The notes beneath the pieces are model-generated. The model saw only the letters and a list, made by a program, of their open reading frames with translations, was not told where the DNA came from and searched no databases. A stretch of 64,000 bases of DNA from NCBI GenBank assembly GCA_963708135.1, contig OY970192.1, positions 2,624,001 through 2,688,000 of the forward strand, in the 5' to 3' direction. The position numbers and the translations under genes are program-made. Positions 51,574 to 61,328 of this stretch are shown here, piece by piece (the first letter of the stretch is position 1; each line of letters starts with the position of its first letter). The stretch is from an uncultured Gemmatimonadales bacterium (GTDB lineage: Bacteria; Gemmatimonadota; Gemmatimonadetes; Longimicrobiales; RSA9).

Positions 51574-52013
51574 CGGCGTGCCCGCCCGTAGGAGGAGATG
51601 GTCAGGCCGGCTTCCGCGGCGCCCCGGCGGAGCCGGATCGTGCGGCTCGCGATCTGCCCGAGGCCCAGTCCGTCGAAGCGGAGGACGACGGGACGGCCGG
51701 CCGAGCCATCCATGCTCATGCGCACGCCGTAGTCCCCGGCGAGGCGCAGCGGCGGCGGCGAAGCGCCGCGGACAACCTCGATGCGGGCCGTCCCCGTGGC
51801 GGGATTGAGGACGAGCAATGCGCCGCCCGCCGCCACGGCCGCGAGCCGGGTGCGGCCGAGATACGCGGCGAGCGCGTCACGGGCCGTCTCCGAGGCCACC
51901 ACGTCAACGGCGCGATGCAGGGGCGGCATGGCCAGCCCGAGCAGGACGGCCATGACGATGAGCGCGAAGATCAGCTCGACGAGCGAGACTCCGGGACGGT
52001 CGGGTGCGCGCAT
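51567..52013 (-). CDS. FimT/GspH-like minor pilin (cassette 2)
   Basis: MRAPDRPG|VSLVELIFAL; FDGLG; C-terminal ISSYGRAR. Confidence 0.75.
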   Translation of the reverse strand: MRAPDRPGVSLVELIFALIVMAVLLGLAMPPLHRAVDVVASETARDALAAYLGRTRLAAVAAGGALLVLNPATGTARIEVVRGASPPPLRLAGDYGVRMSMDGSAGRPVVLRFDGLGLGQIASRTIRLRRGAAEAGLTISSYGRARRW

Positions 52014-52066
52014 GGGCCCAATGGTGCAATGCCGGATGGGGCGGAGCCATGGCTGGACGAGACGAT

Positions 52067-52563
52067 GGGGTGCGGAGGGGGCCGGGGGCGGGGGGCGGGG
52101 GGCGGGGGGGGCGGCCGGGGCGGGTGGCCTGGGTGGGATGCGCGGGCGGAAGGGGGGGCCGGGGCGGGGGGCGGGGGCGGGCTGCGCGGGCGGGCAGGGG
52201 TCGCAAGGGGCGGGCGGGGGGCCGGGGCGGGTGGCCGGGGTGGATGCGCGGGCGGGCGGAAGGGAGGGCGGACGGGCGGCCGGGGCGGGTGGGCTGCGCG
52301 GGCGGAAGGGGGGGCGGACGGGCGGCCGGGGCGGGTGGCTTGGGTGGGCTGCGCGGGCGGAAGCGGGGGCGGACGGGCGGCCGGGGCGGGTGGCTTGGGT
52401 GGGCTGCGCGGGCGGAAGGGGGGGCCGGGGCGGGGGGCGGGATGCGCGGGCGGGCAGGGGTCGCAAGGGGCGGGCGGGTGGCCTGTGTGTGGGATGCGCG
52501 GGCGGAAGGCGGCCGGAGCGGGTGGCCGGGGCGGCACGCGCGGGCGGGCGGCGGCAGGGCGGG
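52067..52563 (+). repeat. G-run-rich degenerate tandem repeat tract (G-quadruplex potential)
   Basis: Dozens of G3-G7 runs on the plus strand; eight copies of TGCGCGGGCGG 38-62 bp apart; recurring GGCCGGGGCGGGTGG; two copies of GCAGGGGTCGCAAGGGGCGGGCGGG. Confidence 0.85.
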
Positions 52564-52570
52564 CGCCGTG

Positions 52571-52730
52571 AACTCCCCACGCGCCCCGGGGCGCGTGGGG
52601 AGTTGACCGCGCTATTCGTTGGCAACTCCCCAAGGACCGGAGGCCCACGGGCACGATTGGGGACTTTACCGCGCTATTCGCAGGCAAGTCCCCAAGCGTC
52701 GATTCCAGGGCGGACGCGTGGGGACTTTCC
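52571..52730. repeat. Perfect 34-bp palindrome plus two 39-bp palindromic direct repeats and a partial third
   Basis: AACTCCCCACGCGCCCC|GGGGCGCGTGGGGAGTT at 52571-52604; TGGGGA(G/C)TT.ACCGCGCTATTCG..GGCAA(C/G)TCCCCAAG at 52596 and 52658; TGGGGACTTT at 52719. Confidence 0.8.
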
Positions 52731-53036
52731 TACTTTCGCGGGCCCGCTACTTCCGGGCGTTGCACGGGCGCTGGGCCAGTGCGGGCAGCGCCCGGGACCA
52801 GCCGGCCCTCGTTCGAGCGAATCCGCCCGCGTAGCGCCGACAGGCAACTCCATTCGAGCGCACGGCATCGGCCGGGAAGAGCCGGCTTCGGACTCGGATT
52901 CCGCTGCGCTGGATTTGGATTCGTTGAGCGGCGGGCGGGACGGGACGGAGTCCAGGGGCCGGCGAGCAGGTCCGCCGTGGTTCCGCCACCCCCATGCTCA
53001 GGCCCACTCCCACCGGCGGCCGGTGGTTCGGATCGG

Positions 53037-54392
<1,356 letters not shown>

Positions 54393-54412
54393 GGGGAGAG
54401 ATCCGAGCCCGG

Positions 54413-54580
54413 TTAGAAGAGCTGTCTGGCGATTCTGCCGCCGAGATAGATGCCGTAGCCGCCGGCGATGGTGGCCAGCACGTAGGCGGTGAAGGTGCCG
54501 ACCATCGCGCCGACCCACCAGCCGAGCGTCGACAGGACGGTGCTGGCGGCGGCGCGGATCATCCAGCTGCCGGTTCTCAT
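54413..54580 (-). CDS. Small two-helix membrane protein (~55 aa)
   Basis: [66 protein letters not shown]. Confidence 0.6.
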   Translation of the reverse strand: MRTGSWMIRAAASTVLSTLGWWVGAMVGTFTAYVLATIAGGYGIYLGGRIARQLF

Positions 54581-54650
54581 GTGTCCACTCCCTTCGTCAG
54601 GAGGTCGCCGGGCCGTCGGCCGCTCCGTGCGGCGGGCCCGGACCCAGCGT

Positions 54651-55949
54651 TCAGCCCCGTGCTCCCGCAGGCGACGTCTCCGCCAGCGGGGCACCGGTCG
54701 TTTCCCGGTCCGCGAGCTGCTCGAGCGCCGGGATCCCGATGGTGAAGCGGGCACCCCCGCTCTCAGGGGACTCGGCGCGGATGGTGCCGCCCATGTTGTC
54801 CACGAGGCGGGCGGAGACGGCCAGGCCGAGGCCGGTGCCCTTGCCGGGCTCCTTCGTGGTGACGAACGGCTCGAAGATCTGGTCGAGCAGCTCCGGGGGA
54901 ATACCGGGGCCGTTGTCGGCCACCGTGATCTCGACCACCGTGCCACCCGGCGTGAAGGGATCCTCCTGCGGCAGCCGGCCGGAGGCGAAGAGGCGGCGGC
55001 GGTGCGAGTAGTCGATGCCGGGCGGATCGTCCTTCCGGCGCGCGGGCCTGTACGGCAGCGGGTAATGGACCCGGGTGGCGGAGCGGATCTCGATGCTGCG
55101 CTCCCGGCGGCCGGCGAGGGCGTCGCCGGCGTTGACGAGCAGATTGACGAGCACCTGCTGGAGCTGGTAGGGGTCGGCCTCGACGGCAGGGAGGTCCGCG
55201 CCGAGCTGTGTGCTGACCTGGATGCCGGTGAAGCGCCCCTGGGTCTCGATGAGCTCGAGGGTCTGCCCGATGACGCCGTTCACATCGATCGAGCGGGTCT
55301 TCACATCGCGGGTGCGGGCGTAGTCGAGCAGGCCCCGCACGATGCGATCGATGCGCCGGGCCTCCTGCTCGGCGGCGACAATGAGCTCCTTCTTCTTGCT
55401 GTCCAGCCCCCTGCCGACGAGCCCGAGATAGCCGAGGATGGCGCCCAGCGGATTCCCGACCTCGTGCGCGATGCCGGAAGCGAGGCGGCCGACGGACGCC
55501 ATCTTCTCCGCGCGCACCATGGCGTTCCTGGCATCGGTCAGCTGCCGGTTGGTCTCCTCCAGCGAGCGGATGTTGGCCGAGAGCGCGTCCTGGTGGTTGA
55601 TCAGGCGCTCGGCCATGCCGTTCACCGCGTCGGCCAGGCGCGCCATCTCGGCGGTCTCCGGCTGGGGCAGCCTGGTCGTGTACTCCCCCTGCGCGATGTT
55701 CTCGACCGCGGCCAGCATACGCTGGATCGGCGTGAGCACACGGCGCTGAACGAGGTAGCGGCCGAAATAGAGGAAGACGGCGAGGTCGGCCGCCATCAGC
55801 GTACCGACGTACAACACCCGCTCCCCGGCGCTCTCGAGGCGGGGGACGAGGAACAGCAGCGCCGTCGCGGCGACCAGCAGCGCGCCTACGAACACCAGCG
55901 CGAGCGCGGCGACGAGCTCCCGGCGAAGGGTCGGCAGTGGTGGTTTCAT
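54651..55949 (-). CDS. Sensor histidine kinase (2 TM, HAMP, HisKA, HATPase), PilS-like position
   Basis: [37 protein letters not shown] and [18 protein letters not shown] motifs. Confidence 0.92.
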   Translation of the reverse strand: MKPPLPTLRRELVAALALVFVGALLVAATALLFLVPRLESAGERVLYVGTLMAADLAVFLYFGRYLVQRRVLTPIQRMLAAVENIAQGEYTTRLPQPETAEMARLADAVNGMAERLINHQDALSANIRSLEETNRQLTDARNAMVRAEKMASVGRLASGIAHEVGNPLGAILGYLGLVGRGLDSKKKELIVAAEQEARRIDRIVRGLLDYARTRDVKTRSIDVNGVIGQTLELIETQGRFTGIQVSTQLGADLPAVEADPYQLQQVLVNLLVNAGDALAGRRERSIEIRSATRVHYPLPYRPARRKDDPPGIDYSHRRRLFASGRLPQEDPFTPGGTVVEITVADNGPGIPPELLDQIFEPFVTTKEPGKGTGLGLAVSARLVDNMGGTIRAESPESGGARFTIGIPALEQLADRETTGAPLAETSPAGARG

Positions 55950-56475
55950 GCCATCCGGAGAAGGTTGCCCCAACGCGAAGATGGGGCCGAGGCAAGGGGT
56001 CTGGCAAGGATTGCCGGTTTGCGGGACGTGGGACGCGGGATCGTGTCCGGCGCCCGAGCGGCTATTCGTCGCGATCCATGGATCTCGAGCTCGACACTTG
56101 CCGGCGAGCGCGAGATCGCGGAGCCGGCGCGGGCGATCCGCCGGCGAGGCTCTCTCTCGCAGAGCTCGCAGCCGGATCACGAACAGCCATGAGGCGCAAT
56201 GGGCGCCGGCGAAGCGGCGAGCGAAATCGCGCAATGGGCGCCGGCGCGCTGCTCGCGATCGAGATTTCGCTCGCCTGGCGGGAGGAATCTCGTACGCATG
56301 GTGCGGGGGCCGGGTCGCATACGATATCCATCTCGCTCAGCGAGACGAAGCTGGATGGCGCGCATCGAAAGCGCGGACAGGGCGAGAAATCGCTCGCTCC
56401 ACAGGAGTGCGGACGGGCACGCGGGGCGAGGAAGCGCGCATCCTTGAGTCCCTGGCCATCGGGGCCGGCAGCGAA

Positions 56476-56964
56476 TCAGTTGCAGGCGATGATGTCGTCC
56501 GTGGTGGCGGGGGCCGCCACGCCCGAGGGGGCGTTGCCGATGAAGATGCCGCACTGATGGCCGGGATAGCCCGCGTGGTCCGCCGTCGCGGCCCAGCCAC
56601 CATGAGCGGAGTAGGTGATGCTGAGCGTGACGCTCGGGCTCGGCTGGAAGTTGGCGACCGCCGGATCGGAGGCGTAGATGCCGTTGGAGGCGTAGTAGAT
56701 CTCCTGCTGGATGGAGAGCACGCGCAGGTCGTTCTGGAGCGTGGCCAGCATGGCGCGCTCGCGGACCTTCGTGAAGCTGCCGGCGACGATGGAGGCGAGG
56801 ATACCGATGATGACGACGACGAGAAGCAGCTCGATGAGCGTGAACCCGGCGCGGCACGGCGGCTCGTGATCGCGCGCGGCGGCGGGATGGCGGGCCGCCC
56901 CCGCCCGGGGGTGAGCGAAGGAGGCGGAGCGGCGGGCAGCCAGCTCAAAGGGGCGCGGGATCAT
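56476..56964 (-). CDS. Type IV pilin paralog
   Basis: RAG|FTLIELLLVVVIIGILASI; RERA......DL......QEIYY; C-terminal Cys pair; ATG overlaps the upstream stop. Confidence 0.82.
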   Translation of the reverse strand: MIPRPFELAARRSASFAHPRAGAARHPAAARDHEPPCRAGFTLIELLLVVVIIGILASIVAGSFTKVRERAMLATLQNDLRVLSIQQEIYYASNGIYASDPAVANFQPSPSVTLSITYSAHGGWAATADHAGYPGHQCGIFIGNAPSGVAAPATTDDIIACN

Positions 56965-58703
56965 GAAGCGCTCCTGGCCGTGGCCGCGGCGGTCGGCACA
57001 CGCTGGAAGATGACGTACATGCGGAAGAGGGCGATGAGGTGGTAGTGCGCGCTGAACTCCGCGGCGAAGCGCGGGTCGCGGAGGAAGTACTGGAGGTAGT
57101 CGAAGTGGGCCATCGCCCGCGATGGGCCGACCCGGTCGACGATGAGGAGCGTCGGGCGGGCGCGCAGGAAATCCTCGACGTAGGCGTCCGCGAGCCAGTG
57201 CTCCGCGGGGCTCGTGTGCGCCGGGTCATGATAGGGGAAAGGGTCCGGCTGCCCGGTGACCTCGGGATACAAGCCCGCCAGGGGCCAGAGGGAGTTGAAG
57301 CGGGTGGCCCAGCCGATGCCGGTCAGGTTCACGAGCGGGAACCCGGCCTGGAGCTGCGTCGAGAGGACCATGATCGGCCCCTTCCCGGCATCGCGCTCGA
57401 CGAGTTCGAGCATGGCGGGGAGGTAGTAGGGGTAGCCGGCGTAGTAGCCGACCGGAGCCGGGTGACGGGCGCGCTGCCCGGCCGAGCCGAGCATGACGGC
57501 GGCAATGCCGAGGAACGCGAGCGAGCGCGCGGCAGCGACGTGCGTGGCGATCCGGGGCCGCTCGCCCAGACGGCGCAGGGCGTTGACGAGCACCACGACG
57601 AGGAGCAGCAGCGCGGCGGAGAGCACGGGCAGCCAGTGGTAGTCCCAACCCTTGCGCTCCCAGAGCAGCGCGGCCAGGAACCCGAGCATGACGAGCAGGA
57701 GCAGACGCCGCAGGTGGCGCAGCTCGGGCCGGCCCGGCACGAGGACGGCGGCCAGGGCCGCGGCGAGAACGAGGGCGCCCTTTGAATTCAGCAGCAGCCA
57801 ACTGTAAGGCTCGGGAACGAACCCGGCGTACGTGGCCCAGGCGAACTTCGCGATGCCCAGGTAGGCGGGCGTGAGGACGAGCACGCCGACGAGGTAGAGT
57901 CCGATCGCGGCCGCTGCCGCGAGGCACTCGGGGCGGCGTACGGCGCGCCGCCAGCCGCTCGTCGCGAGCAGATACAGCTCCACGGGCAGCAGGACCAGCA
58001 GGAAATACGGCTTGAGGGCCACCGCGAGGCCGGCAGCGATGCCGATGCCGACGGCCGCGCGCGGGGAGATGTCGCGCCGCTCGGCGCGCAGGGCGGCGAG
58101 AACCAGGTAAGGCAGGAAGAGGGCGAACATCAGGTGCTCGCGCTGCCCGAACTCGCGCCCGGCGAAGGGGAAGAGCAGAAAGGCCGCGAATGCGACGAGG
58201 AGGCGGCGGCCGGCGTCGCCGAGGGAGAGGCGGCGCAGCAGCAGTGCTGTGGCCAGCAACGCGCTGGCCGCGACAAGTCCCACGAAGACGGGAAACAGGA
58301 CCATGTCCGAGAGGCCGAGCGCGCGGGCGGCCCCCTCCACGGCGAGCGCGAAGCCGACGATCAACGGGGGGTTGACCTCGATGACGTCGCGGTACAGCAC
58401 GGCGCCGCCGAGGACCCGGTGGGCGACGTAGAGCAGCCAGGCATGGTCGTGGTTGATCGGGACCGCGAAGAGGGCGACGTAGGCGAACAGGCAGACGGCG
58501 GCGGTAACGACCAGCCAGAAGGCGCGGGCCGCGCTCAGCCGGCGGGCGAGCTCGAGCGGCCCGGCGGCCGACGCGGAATCCCGGTGGCCCGCCCGGGGAG
58601 CTCCCGGGACCGGCCGGATCGACCGCAACGGGCGTTCGACGGCAGCGCGGGGGGCGGGCGGGGCCACACGGCCCCGCAGCACCTGAGAGACTGGCTCCGT
58701 CAC
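56961..58703 (-). CDS. Multi-pass membrane protein, putative GT-C-fold glycosyltransferase
   Basis: Many TM segments; first loop NHDHAWLLY...LYRDVIEVNPPL; FGQREH, ALKP and KGWDYH motifs; soluble C-terminal domain. Confidence 0.62.
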   Translation of the reverse strand: MTEPVSQVLRGRVAPPAPRAAVERPLRSIRPVPGAPRAGHRDSASAAGPLELARRLSAARAFWLVVTAAVCLFAYVALFAVPINHDHAWLLYVAHRVLGGAVLYRDVIEVNPPLIVGFALAVEGAARALGLSDMVLFPVFVGLVAASALLATALLLRRLSLGDAGRRLLVAFAAFLLFPFAGREFGQREHLMFALFLPYLVLAALRAERRDISPRAAVGIGIAAGLAVALKPYFLLVLLPVELYLLATSGWRRAVRRPECLAAAAAIGLYLVGVLVLTPAYLGIAKFAWATYAGFVPEPYSWLLLNSKGALVLAAALAAVLVPGRPELRHLRRLLLLVMLGFLAALLWERKGWDYHWLPVLSAALLLLVVVLVNALRRLGERPRIATHVAAARSLAFLGIAAVMLGSAGQRARHPAPVGYYAGYPYYLPAMLELVERDAGKGPIMVLSTQLQAGFPLVNLTGIGWATRFNSLWPLAGLYPEVTGQPDPFPYHDPAHTSPAEHWLADAYVEDFLRARPTLLIVDRVGPSRAMAHFDYLQYFLRDPRFAAEFSAHYHLIALFRMYVIFQRVPTAAATARSAS

Positions 58704-58770
58704 GCAGCGCCTCCGTCGGCAGTTCGGATCGAGACCGGTGGCTTCAGGGCGAGATGAGACCGGTCGGACG

Positions 58771-58804
58771 AAAAGCGGGGCGGCGGCACCATGCCGCCGC
58801 CCCG
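58771..58804 (-). terminator. Intrinsic terminator after the major pilin gene
   Basis: Minus strand CGGGGCGGCGGCA-TGG-TGCCGCCGCCCCG-CTTTT. Confidence 0.8.
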
Positions 58805-58833
58805 ATCACGCGAGAACCAGCAGGTGTGCCCGG

Positions 58834-59238
58834 TTACTCGCCCTTGCAGGTGACGACACCGGCGATCGTGGCCGGAGCAGCGTCTCCGGAGACCTCGCCG
58901 CCGTAGAACACGCCGCAGCTCTGCGTGCTCGCATCCAGCGCCGCGTGCACGGCCGTGAAGGCGTACCCGGTGGCGTCGGCCTTGCCCGCGACGGTCACGC
59001 CCGAGGAGGGCGAGAAGTCGAGGCTGGCCTGGCTGGTCGTGTAGGAGTAGGCGTTGTTCGAGTTGTAGTAGATCTCCTCCTCGGACATGAGGTTCTTCAG
59101 GTCCGACTTCATGGCCGAGAAGTACGCCTTCTCGCGCGTCTTGCTGAACTTGGGGATCGCGATCGCGGCCAGGATGCCGATGATCACGACCACGATCAGC
59201 AGCTCGATGAGCGTGAAGCCCTGCCGTACCTTGAGCAT
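58834..59238 (-). CDS. pilA: Type IVa pilin, probable major pilin
   Basis: MLKVRQG|FTLIELLIVVVIIGILAAIAIPKF; RBS AAGGAG; own terminator; C-terminal Cys pair. Confidence 0.88.
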   Translation of the reverse strand: MLKVRQGFTLIELLIVVVIIGILAAIAIPKFSKTREKAYFSAMKSDLKNLMSEEEIYYNSNNAYSYTTSQASLDFSPSSGVTVAGKADATGYAFTAVHAALDASTQSCGVFYGGEVSGDAAPATIAGVVTCKGE

Positions 59239-59312
59239 CGTTGCTCCTTGAATGAGTGTCGGGGCGTGGACGACTCTTGCCCGGATAGGGCTGGCGACCA
59301 CGGCTTCCAGTG

Positions 59313-59327
59313 GCAAGAGGCGAACCG
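59313..59327 (-). promoter_or_regulatory. Candidate sigma-54 promoter of pilA
   Basis: Minus strand CGGTTCG-CCTC-TTGC (GG-N10-GC); TTGCA/TGCAA repeats at 59429-59459 are a possible activator site. Confidence 0.5.
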
Positions 59328-59465
59328 CTTCCGCGCGTGGCCGTCTCGATCCACAGAAGTCATTGGAACGTAATGGTTTCTGTTGGCACGGCCGATTGAC
59401 TGCGCTCGCCACTCCGGGCGCGCTCCCCTTGCATTCTGCAATACCGGCGCAGTTTGCAACGGCGC

Positions 59466-61328
59466 TCACGGCCACCGGATCTCCGCCTCCGCCCGGCGGA
59501 TGCGGTCGGCGCTGGCGGAGTCCCGGGGTGAGCGGGCGCGGGCGCTGTCGAGGGCGGCGCGGGCGGCGGCGCCGTCGCGGAGCGAGGTGTAGGCGCGGCC
59601 GAGCATGAACCAGCGCTTCCAGCCATCGCCATCGGGGAGTGCGAGGGCGCGCCCGAGCGTGGCGGCCTCCTCGGCGTGGCGGCCCAGATCGCGCAGCGCT
59701 TCCGCGCGCAGGTCGAGGAGGCCGGGCGTGGGGCCGCCCAAACGCTCAGACTGATCGAACCGGGCCAGCGCCTGCTCGAATCTGCCCGTCTTCAGCAAGG
59801 CCAGGCCGCGGACGAGGGCGGTGCCCGGGTTGCCCGGCTGGACGGAGTCGGCGCGCTGAAGGAGCGCCATGGCCCGCCCGTACCGCGCCCTCCCGACCTC
59901 GAACATGCCGAACTCGGTCAGGAACTCGCCGTCGTCGGGATAGAGCATGAAGGCGAGATCCCAGTGCCGCGTGGCGGCGACGCTGTCGCCGGCCGCGGCG
60001 GCCCGCGAGGCGGCCGACCACTGGGCGCGGTAGGACTCGGGGTGATCGCGGAGCAGGCCGGCGAAGAGCGCCTTCGTGCTGGCCCAGTCGGGGTTTCGCA
60101 CGATGCTCCTCGCCGCGCAGAGGGTCAGGACGAGGAGGAGGAGGGCCCGGAGCGGTCGTGTCCGGGGGGCGGGGGCGGCGGCGAGTGCCTCCCAGGCGAA
60201 CGCCGCCACGGCGGCAACAGCCACGGAAGGGAGGAAGAGCGTCCGCTCGGCGAGGATGACGCCGATGGGGAAGAACAGGTTCGAGACGGGGAGCACGGCG
60301 ACGAGGAACCATGCGGCCGGCAGGCCGAGCCGGGGCTGACGCGGCGTGAGCGCGGCGAGCGCAACCGTCGCGATCAACAGGAATCCACCCAGGAGCACCA
60401 TGGGCGAGAGGGCGGTCACGGGCAGGATCACGGCGGGGGAGTAGTCGGCCGAGAGGTCGAGCGGGAAGAAGAGGAGCCGCGCGTACTCGGGCCAGGCCCG
60501 CAGCGCCGTCAGCACGCGGTGCGGTCCGCGCAGGAACGGGAACCACGGGCCGGCATCGGCGCCGGCGACGGCGCCGAGGACGTGGACGCGCAGGAGCAGG
60601 TACGCCGCGGCGACGGCGCCGAGCGCGACGAAAGCCGGGGCGAGCCGGCGGGCGGCGTGTTCCAGCTCCCTGCGGGTGAAGGTGATCCGGCCCTGCGCGA
60701 GGTCGAGTACGAGGAGGAGGGCCGGCAACACGATGGCGCCCTCCTTGGCCAGGAGTGCGAGCGCGTAGAGGGCGGCGACGGCCGCGAGCCGGCCGGGCGG
60801 GACGCGCAGGCCGGCGGGCCGGCCGAGCCAGAGGACGCAGGCCCCGAGCACGCCGGCGGCAGCGATGAGCTCGGCCTGGCCCACGACGTTCGCGACGACC
60901 TCGGTGTGGAGCGGGTGGACGGCGAACAGGACGGCGCCGAAGAGCGCGGCGTCCGGGCCGGCCAGGCGGCGGAGGAGTAGCAGGACCAGCACGGCGACGG
61001 CGGCGGCGAGCAGCACGCTAACGAGATGGAACACCCACGGCGCCCCGCCGCCGAGCACCCACTGGAGCGCGAAGCCGAAGATGGTCAGGGGGCGGTAGAG
61101 GCCGAGCTGCCCGCCGCCCTTCATGAACCAGTACGGCGTGAGCCAGAGGGTGGCCTGGTGGTGCAGGGTATGGACGCGGGGGTCGCCGGCGATGATGTAG
61201 ACATCGTCGTACGCGAAACCGTTGGCGAGGGAGTTGGCGTAGGTCGCCAGGGTCGCGGCGAGGACGGCCACCAGCGACACAGCGAGGCGCGATGGCCACG
61301 TACGGAAGTCAGCGCGCAAGCTTCGCAT
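59466..61328 (-). CDS. TMTC-like (protein O-mannosyltransferase-like, GT-C) membrane protein with C-terminal TPRs
   Basis: FAYDD, YRPLT, FH, HPLHTEVVANVVGQAE, AKE, LSADY and AERTLFLPS motifs, then TPR-like helices. Confidence 0.85.
   Translation of the reverse strand: MRSLRADFRTWPSRLAVSLVAVLAATLATYANSLANGFAYDDVYIIAGDPRVHTLHHQATLWLTPYWFMKGGGQLGLYRPLTIFGFALQWVLGGGAPWVFHLVSVLLAAAVAVLVLLLLRRLAGPDAALFGAVLFAVHPLHTEVVANVVGQAELIAAAGVLGACVLWLGRPAGLRVPPGRLAAVAALYALALLAKEGAIVLPALLLVLDLAQGRITFTRRELEHAARRLAPAFVALGAVAAAYLLLRVHVLGAVAGADAGPWFPFLRGPHRVLTALRAWPEYARLLFFPLDLSADYSPAVILPVTALSPMVLLGGFLLIATVALAALTPRQPRLGLPAAWFLVAVLPVSNLFFPIGVILAERTLFLPSVAVAAVAAFAWEALAAAPAPRTRPLRALLLLVLTLCAARSIVRNPDWASTKALFAGLLRDHPESYRAQWSAASRAAAAGDSVAATRHWDLAFMLYPDDGEFLTEFGMFEVGRARYGRAMALLQRADSVQPGNPGTALVRGLALLKTGRFEQALARFDQSERLGGPTPGLLDLRAEALRDLGRHAEEAATLGRALALPDGDGWKRWFMLGRAYTSLRDGAAARAALDSARARSPRDSASADRIRRAEAEIRWP

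Noticed and set aside
52596..52740. CRISPR array call
   Set aside because: Only two full, non-identical repeats with short spacers and no cas genes in the window; kept as an unexplained repeat
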